Below, piece after piece: positions 42,557 to 46,827 of a stretch of 46,827 bases of DNA. A model generated the notes under the pieces. That model made no database searches, was not told the origin of the DNA, and saw only the letters and a list, made by a program, of their open reading frames with translations. Position numbers and translations under genes: made by a program. How positions within the stretch are numbered: position 1 is the stretch's first letter; each line of letters opens with the position of its first letter. This stretch comes from Trueperaceae bacterium. GTDB taxonomy: Bacteria; Deinococcota; Deinococci; Deinococcales; Trueperaceae. The stretch is taken from the NCBI GenBank assembly GCA_040905465.1, contig JBBDRK010000076.1, forward strand, positions 25,967 through 72,793. The letters run 5' to 3'.

Positions 42557-43051
42557 GTGAGTCGCAGGCTCGACGCTTTACTCCCATCAGACTGGCCGGC
42601 CGTGCGAGCGATCTATCTCGAAGGTATCGCCAGCGGCCAGGCGACCTTTCAGACCCAGGCGCCCGAGTGGGAGGAATGGCACTCGGCCCACCTGACGTCC
42701 TGTCGGCTGGTGCTCCGCACCGATTCCACGATCACAGGGTGGGCCGCGCTTTCCCCCGTGTCGGGGCGCTCGGTGTATCGCGGCGTGACCGAGGTGAGCA
42801 TCTACATAGCTGCGTCGCAGCGAGGGCAGGGCCAGGGACGGCTCCTGCTCGATGCGCTGGTGTCCTGCTCCGAGAAAAACGGCATCTGGACCTTGCAGGC
42901 GGGAGTCTTTCCCGAAAACGAAGCAAGCCTCAGGCTTCATGCCTCTTGTGGCTTCCGAGTGGTGGGAAAGCGCGAACGAATAGGTTCTCTCGAGGGCATC
43001 TGGCGCGATGTCCTCCTGCTCGAGCGGCGCAGCTCCCACGTCGGAACATGA
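42557..43051 (+). CDS. GNAT acetyltransferase (phosphinothricin/methionine-sulfoximine acetyltransferase-like)
   Basis: IYLEGIASGQATF, YRGVTEVSIY, RGQGQGR, GIWTLQAGVFPENEASLRLH, WRDVLLLERRS. Confidence 0.92.
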   Translation: MSRRLDALLPSDWPAVRAIYLEGIASGQATFQTQAPEWEEWHSAHLTSCRLVLRTDSTITGWAALSPVSGRSVYRGVTEVSIYIAASQRGQGQGRLLLDALVSCSEKNGIWTLQAGVFPENEASLRLHASCGFRVVGKRERIGSLEGIWRDVLLLERRSSHVGT

Positions 43052-43066
43052 AGGGTTGCCACAGCG

Positions 43067-43114
43067 TATGGCGCTAGGGATAGCGCTAGGAGTCGCGCCA
43101 TATATGGCGCCATA
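43067..43114. repeat. Four 12-bp units each with a TnGCGCyA core
   Basis: TGGCGCTA 43069, TAGCGCTA 43081, TCGCGCCA 43093, TGGCGCCA 43105. Confidence 0.75.
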
Positions 43115-43198
43115 GGCTGCGGCAGATACTTTCATTCCCCAGCACTATTGGGGTGATCTTTCGGCTCCTGCTTTCCAGTTCCCTGTGTTGGGAGTCGC

Positions 43199-44137
43199 TC
43201 AGGCGCCCAGCCAGAGGTCTTCGCTCGGCTCGACGGCATCCCGGTAACGCTCGCGGGACGTAACGTACGCCACCTTCAGACGCACCTTGCCACGGCGAGC
43301 GATCTCGTCGCGGTAGACATTCTCGGCCAGCCACAGTCGCTCCGCATCGAGGCTTTCGGCTGGCAGGTCGCGATACCACACCTTTCGGCCACCGTCGAAG
43401 CGGTACCCTCTCGCCTTCAGCTGATCCTTGGTTTCGAACCTGCTCCCCACCGCCCATAGCCGTGCCCCCACCCGCTGCGAACTCTCGAGTAGCGAACCAA
43501 GCGCGGTCGTACCGTCCCCCAGCCAATCACTGGCGAGTACATGTATGCCCACCTGGCAATCGACCTCGGCGCGGTGCCCATCGAAGAACACCCCACAGCG
43601 GTAGGCCAGGTATTCGAGCTTCTTGCCTTCCACGCCCAGTTGCGACCAGGGAACCTCCCGGACGCTGCAGGCCCAGGGAAGCGGCTCCAAATCCGGAAAC
43701 GACCTCTCGAAGAACGGCCGGTCGAAGCCCGCATTGTGGGCAACGACCAGCGAAACGCCGGAGACGAACGAGCGTACGTCGTCCGTCTCGATCCGCTGGC
43801 CACGAAGCTGCTCATCGGTGAGGCCTGTCAGCCCGGTGATGAAGGGGCTGAGAGGCCGTTCCGGGTCTTGCAGACCGGTAAACGCTTCGCCCACGCCAAA
43901 CACCCGGCCGTCGTCGCTGTATTCGAAGGGAACCATCGCCAACTCGATGACCCGATCCGATTTCGCGTCGACTCCGGTGGTCTCGACATCGAGGAAGATT
44001 CCCCGCCGAAGGTTCACCTCCGCTTCATCGCAGTAGCTGCACGGACAGACGAATCGCCTCAGGACCCGATACTCGCCGGATGCTTCCAGCGCCGCCGCGC
44101 ACGTTTCCAGATCGTCACTCGTTGCTCGGTCGCTCAT
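43199..44137 (-). CDS. DEDDh 3'-5' exonuclease (DnaQ/epsilon-like) with a C-terminal extra domain
   Basis: ExoI LDVETTG, ExoII AHNAGFD, ExoIII HRAEVDC; C-terminal FETKDQLKARGYRFD...WY; start ATG 44137 or GTG 44143. Confidence 0.92.
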   Translation of the reverse strand: MSDRATSDDLETCAAALEASGEYRVLRRFVCPCSYCDEAEVNLRRGIFLDVETTGVDAKSDRVIELAMVPFEYSDDGRVFGVGEAFTGLQDPERPLSPFITGLTGLTDEQLRGQRIETDDVRSFVSGVSLVVAHNAGFDRPFFERSFPDLEPLPWACSVREVPWSQLGVEGKKLEYLAYRCGVFFDGHRAEVDCQVGIHVLASDWLGDGTTALGSLLESSQRVGARLWAVGSRFETKDQLKARGYRFDGGRKVWYRDLPAESLDAERLWLAENVYRDEIARRGKVRLKVAYVTSRERYRDAVEPSEDLWLGA

Positions 44138-44152
44138 CTGCACTCAACATAA
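44136..44152. promoter_or_regulatory. RDRM (DdrO box)-like 17-bp operator overlapping the exonuclease -10 and start
   Basis: Minus strand TTATGT-TGAGT-GCAGAT versus the remembered Deinococcus consensus TTMYGY-N5-RCRKAA: one mismatch. Confidence 0.55.
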
Positions 44153-44184
44153 CAGCAGGATGCCCTTCGCACCGAAACGTAGCA

Positions 44185-44340
44185 TTCGGCCAGGTACCCC
44201 GGTGGGCCGGGGCGGTAGTGGCCGGCGACGTGAACACCGACGATCCAACGGCCGCGCTGGGCGTAGTCGGCGCCTTTGCAGATCTCGTCCGCGACACCAA
44301 CGAGGGCGGCGCACTCGTGTTCGCCCTTCCGGCCGCGTAG
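44185..44340 (+). pseudogene. Orphan FG-GAP-like repeat fragment
   Basis: FG...AVVAGDVNTDD...VVGA...NEGGALVF then a stop, with no plausible start or RBS. Confidence 0.4.
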
Positions 44341-44398
44341 GACGACTTCGAAGCGGGATTCGGGCTCCCGCCGCCTTGCAATCGAAAGCAGTAGAAAG

Positions 44399-44433
44399 TT
44401 ATCCGTTCAGCCTGTGGATAACCCTGTGGACAA
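44399..44433. promoter_or_regulatory. DnaA box pair
   Basis: TGTGGATAA (44413-44421, perfect) and TGTGGACAA (44425-44433, one mismatch), plus an inverted partial TTATCC at 44399. Confidence 0.6.
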
Positions 44434-44738
44434 CCTCCGCTCGGAGCGCGCCGCCGGTTTCGAAACGAAAGGAGTCGACCCCGGGCCGAGCGGTATATGC
44501 AGCGTTCGATGAATGTATATGCGGCGGCACTGAATAAGTGTGCCAGGTCCCACGGGGACGAGAGCCAGACGCCCATCTACGGCCCGATGAGGGGCAACGG
44601 CGAACGCCCCGGCGGCAAGCAGGGGCGTTCGAACGGAGCGACGGGTCAGTAGGGAGCGATTCGGGCGTCAGACAGGAGATCCGGTCTGTGCCGGCCGGGA
44701 GCCGGCTGCGCCGGCATCTAGGCAGCAGGCGGCGCTAT

Positions 44739-45095
44739 TCAGGATGCGGGGAGCGCCGCCGGCTCACGCACTACCAGACCCTCGACGCAGTGCATCAGCT
44801 CGTCATGGAAGCGGGTGAGCACCACCTCCGGTTCATCTGTCTTCAGTGCCACCACGTCGCCGACGAAGATCAGTGCCTCGGGCTCGACGCGCAGGAGTTC
44901 ACCGCGGCGCAGATTCAGCGACGGAGCGTCATTGGAAAGCTTGAAGCGGCGGGGGGCATGGCCACGGCCATTCCCGAGAGCGCTTCGGCTTGCGAGCGGC
45001 AGGTCATCGCGCGCGCCAGCCGTCTTGCGGCTCATTGCGACCGCCGCGAAGACGCCGGCGGCCAGCAGCATGATTGGTAGGTTCCGGGGGCCCAT
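44739..45095 (-). CDS. Membrane-anchored small protein with a degenerate S24/LexA-like C-terminal domain
   Basis: Leaderless TAATCT-7nt-ATG 45095; hydrophobic N-terminus; LRRGELLRVEP...GDVVALK.DEPEVVLTRF. Confidence 0.65.
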   Translation of the reverse strand: MGPRNLPIMLLAAGVFAAVAMSRKTAGARDDLPLASRSALGNGRGHAPRRFKLSNDAPSLNLRRGELLRVEPEALIFVGDVVALKTDEPEVVLTRFHDELMHCVEGLVVREPAALPAS

Positions 45096-45188
45096 AGGAA
45101 CAAGATTAAGGTCCGGAGCCGCGCGGGGTTGGGAAGAAATCGGCATTGCCGGCTCAGTCCGACGAGCGTCAGAACCGACGCCAGGCAC

Positions 45189-45225
45189 GACTGAGGGGCG
45201 GCCCCCGTACGGCCGCCCCTCAGTC
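45189..45225 (-). terminator. Hairpin downstream of the SRPBCC gene
   Basis: GACTGAGGGGCGGCC-7nt-GGCCGCCCCTCAGTC perfect 15-bp stem. Confidence 0.75.
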
Positions 45226-45301
45226 AATTCGTAGGCGTTGTTGCCGCTACTCAGAGCCGGTTCGCCTGTAAGCAGACGCACCAGCGGTCAAGCTCGGGAC
45301 T

Positions 45302-46081
45302 TCAGCTGCCGGTTCCTCCGTAGGCACCGGTGGCGAGTATCAGGTTCCCCGACTCGACCCGCTGCTTGAAACGCTCCAGGTCGCGCCGGATCTCCTGGGC
45401 CGGCTCCCGGCCGAACAGCTTGGCCACCGCCGCACCCGCTTTTCCTCCCGGTGGATGATACGTGAGTGCGACGTCCACCACGGTGCCGCTGCCGTCCGGG
45501 CTGCGGCTGAAGCGCACCGAGCCCTCGTTTGGAACCTCCGAGCCTTCAAGCGAGCGCCAGGCAACCAGTTCGTTCTCACGGGCGTCGGTTATCTCGGCGT
45601 CCCACTCGACACGCTGTCCGGCAGGGCCCTTGGCGACCCAGTGAGAGCGCCGGTCGCTGGACTTGTTAACGTCCTCCAGGTAACCCATCACGCGCGGAAG
45701 GTTCTCAACGTTGCGCCAGAAGCGGTAGAGGTCGGATACCGACCGATTGATCGTCACCTGTTCGCGAACCTGCACGCCAGGGGTTTCGCCCTTGGTCGTC
45801 GCTCGCGCTCCCCGCTCGCGACCACGGGATGAAGCGGCGGACTTCCCCTGCTCGCCCCGGCCGCCGGTGAACGGCAGTTCCGGAGCGCGCCCGCGGCTGC
45901 CCTGAACGAGCATGTAGCCACCGAGTCCGAGCAACAGGGCACCGGCGGCTATGAAGCCCCATTCGCGGGCGTTCATGCCCTCGTGGTCGCGGTCGGAGAA
46001 GTCCTGCCGGTAGTAGTCGACCCCGGTCGCACCGGTCCGGCCGGTGTCGTGCAAGGATCCGAACTTGTCGCTGCGGTCCAT
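45302..46081 (-). CDS. SRPBCC/START (cyclase/dehydrase) family protein with an N-terminal TM
   Basis: VTINRSVSDLYRFWRNVENLPRVM, SHWVAKGPAG..VEWDAEIT, DLERFKQ; GGAGG RBS. Confidence 0.92.
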   Translation of the reverse strand: MDRSDKFGSLHDTGRTGATGVDYYRQDFSDRDHEGMNAREWGFIAAGALLLGLGGYMLVQGSRGRAPELPFTGGRGEQGKSAASSRGRERGARATTKGETPGVQVREQVTINRSVSDLYRFWRNVENLPRVMGYLEDVNKSSDRRSHWVAKGPAGQRVEWDAEITDARENELVAWRSLEGSEVPNEGSVRFSRSPDGSGTVVDVALTYHPPGGKAGAAVAKLFGREPAQEIRRDLERFKQRVESGNLILATGAYGGTGS

Positions 46082-46308
46082 TTTGCCCCTCCCCTGGTCT
46101 GCGAGTCGTAGCCCCTCCGGTTAGCTGTCGGTGCAGAAACCCTGCGCTCGTCCGAGCGCCAGCCCACGCTCCCGCGCCGGCCCTGCTATCAGCATAGGAA
46201 CGCGGGCCCAAATAGACTGTGGCCCTCTCGGGTATCGGCGTTTCACCAAAGGGGTATCACCGGGCGGGGCGCGAGGAACGGGCGGGGCGCGAGCCTCCGA
46301 CTCTCACC

Positions 46309-46827
46309 CTATATGGAGTCATGGGCAAGCCTCGAGAGGCGATAGAGCCGCCACCCCACGACCAGGTGGAAGACAATGAGCCCAAGGACGCCGATGGCGG
46401 CGATCTGCGAGGTACCGGCGACTATGTCGAAAGCTGCCGTCAATGCGCCCACCAACCCGAGCACGATGCTGAAACGGGCCAGGCCCCGGCCGAAGGCAGG
46501 GGACCTCAGCATGGCCATACCGAGCAGTACGATGCCGATCGGCACGATAAGGAGTCCTACGGCCAACAACGCATCGAAAATACCCTGCGTCGCCTGCCAG
46601 ATGAGAACGAGCGCGGCCTGATCCTCAGGCGACGTTCCGCTGGCGTGATAGAGGTCCGAGATCGGCGCGGTAGCCACATGCGGAAGAGCGCTGACCGCGA
46701 GCACGGCGAGGCCGAAAATGCCGAGGACGCTCCCGAACAGTGAGGCTGCGAGGTCCGATTGCCGCAACGTGCGGTACAGGGCCAGAAAAGAGGTGACCCA
46801 CAAGATGATCACCGCCAGGTAAAGTCC
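46309..46827 (-). CDS. Multi-TM membrane protein (DUF4386-like), 5' end outside the window
   Basis: Frame is open to the window edge; hydrophobic helices, LGMAMLRSPAFGR, VVGWRLY. Confidence 0.75.
   Translation of the reverse strand, partial: GLYLAVIILWVTSFLALYRTLRQSDLAASLFGSVLGIFGLAVLAVSALPHVATAPISDLYHASGTSPEDQAALVLIWQATQGIFDALLAVGLLIVPIGIVLLGMAMLRSPAFGRGLARFSIVLGLVGALTAAFDIVAGTSQIAAIGVLGLIVFHLVVGWRLYRLSRLAHDSI

Noticed and set aside
41540..43114. CRISPR-like arrays in the short repeat tracts
   Set aside because: Only 2-4 short adjacent units, no unique ~30-nt spacers and no cas genes
44340..44540. Possible replication origin
   Set aside because: Only two good DnaA boxes, no extended AT-rich unwinding element and no dnaA/dnaN or rep gene nearby
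46261..46293. CGGGCGGGGCGCGAG direct repeat at an 18-bp period
   Set aside because: Low-complexity GC tract just past a stop codon; likely slippage

Overview
High-GC bacterial chromosome segment, most consistent with Deinococcota (Truepera-like). This is inferred from a dcw cluster lacking murE and ddl, the rpsO-pnp-rnj order, a NUDIX-ribF pair and many leaderless TAnnnT-N5-8-start genes. The first ~30.8 kb is core genome: NYN nuclease, MFS transporter, ligA, BMP-family binding protein, RNase P RNA, mraZ-rsmH-ftsL-ftsI-murF-mraY-murD-ftsW-murG-murC-murB-ftsQ-ftsA-ftsZ-NUDIX-ribF, an rlmB-like methyltransferase, S9 peptidase, rpsO-pnp-rnj, a second NUDIX, a small SLH-like secreted protein and tRNA-Pro(GGG). 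The last ~16 kb is accessory: XRE-cupin regulator, two DinB proteins (one fused to a HicB-like domain), WD40 protein, VOC/CatE, CPA1 antiporter, fRMsr GAF, GNAT, DnaQ-like exonuclease, SRPBCC, small hypotheticals and two gene relics. No CRISPR array, integrase or transposase is visible, and no complete novel multi-gene system can be demonstrated from sequence alone. The best leads are regulatory or structural: an RDRM/DdrO-like operator over the exonuclease promoter with DnaA boxes upstream, a membrane-anchored inactive LexA/S24-like domain, a fold-back/uORF leader before the MFS gene, a 12-bp-phased palindrome array, a CxxCH motif in the WD40 protein and several structured leaders or sRNA candidates. 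All family calls are from motif recognition by eye, not database searches.
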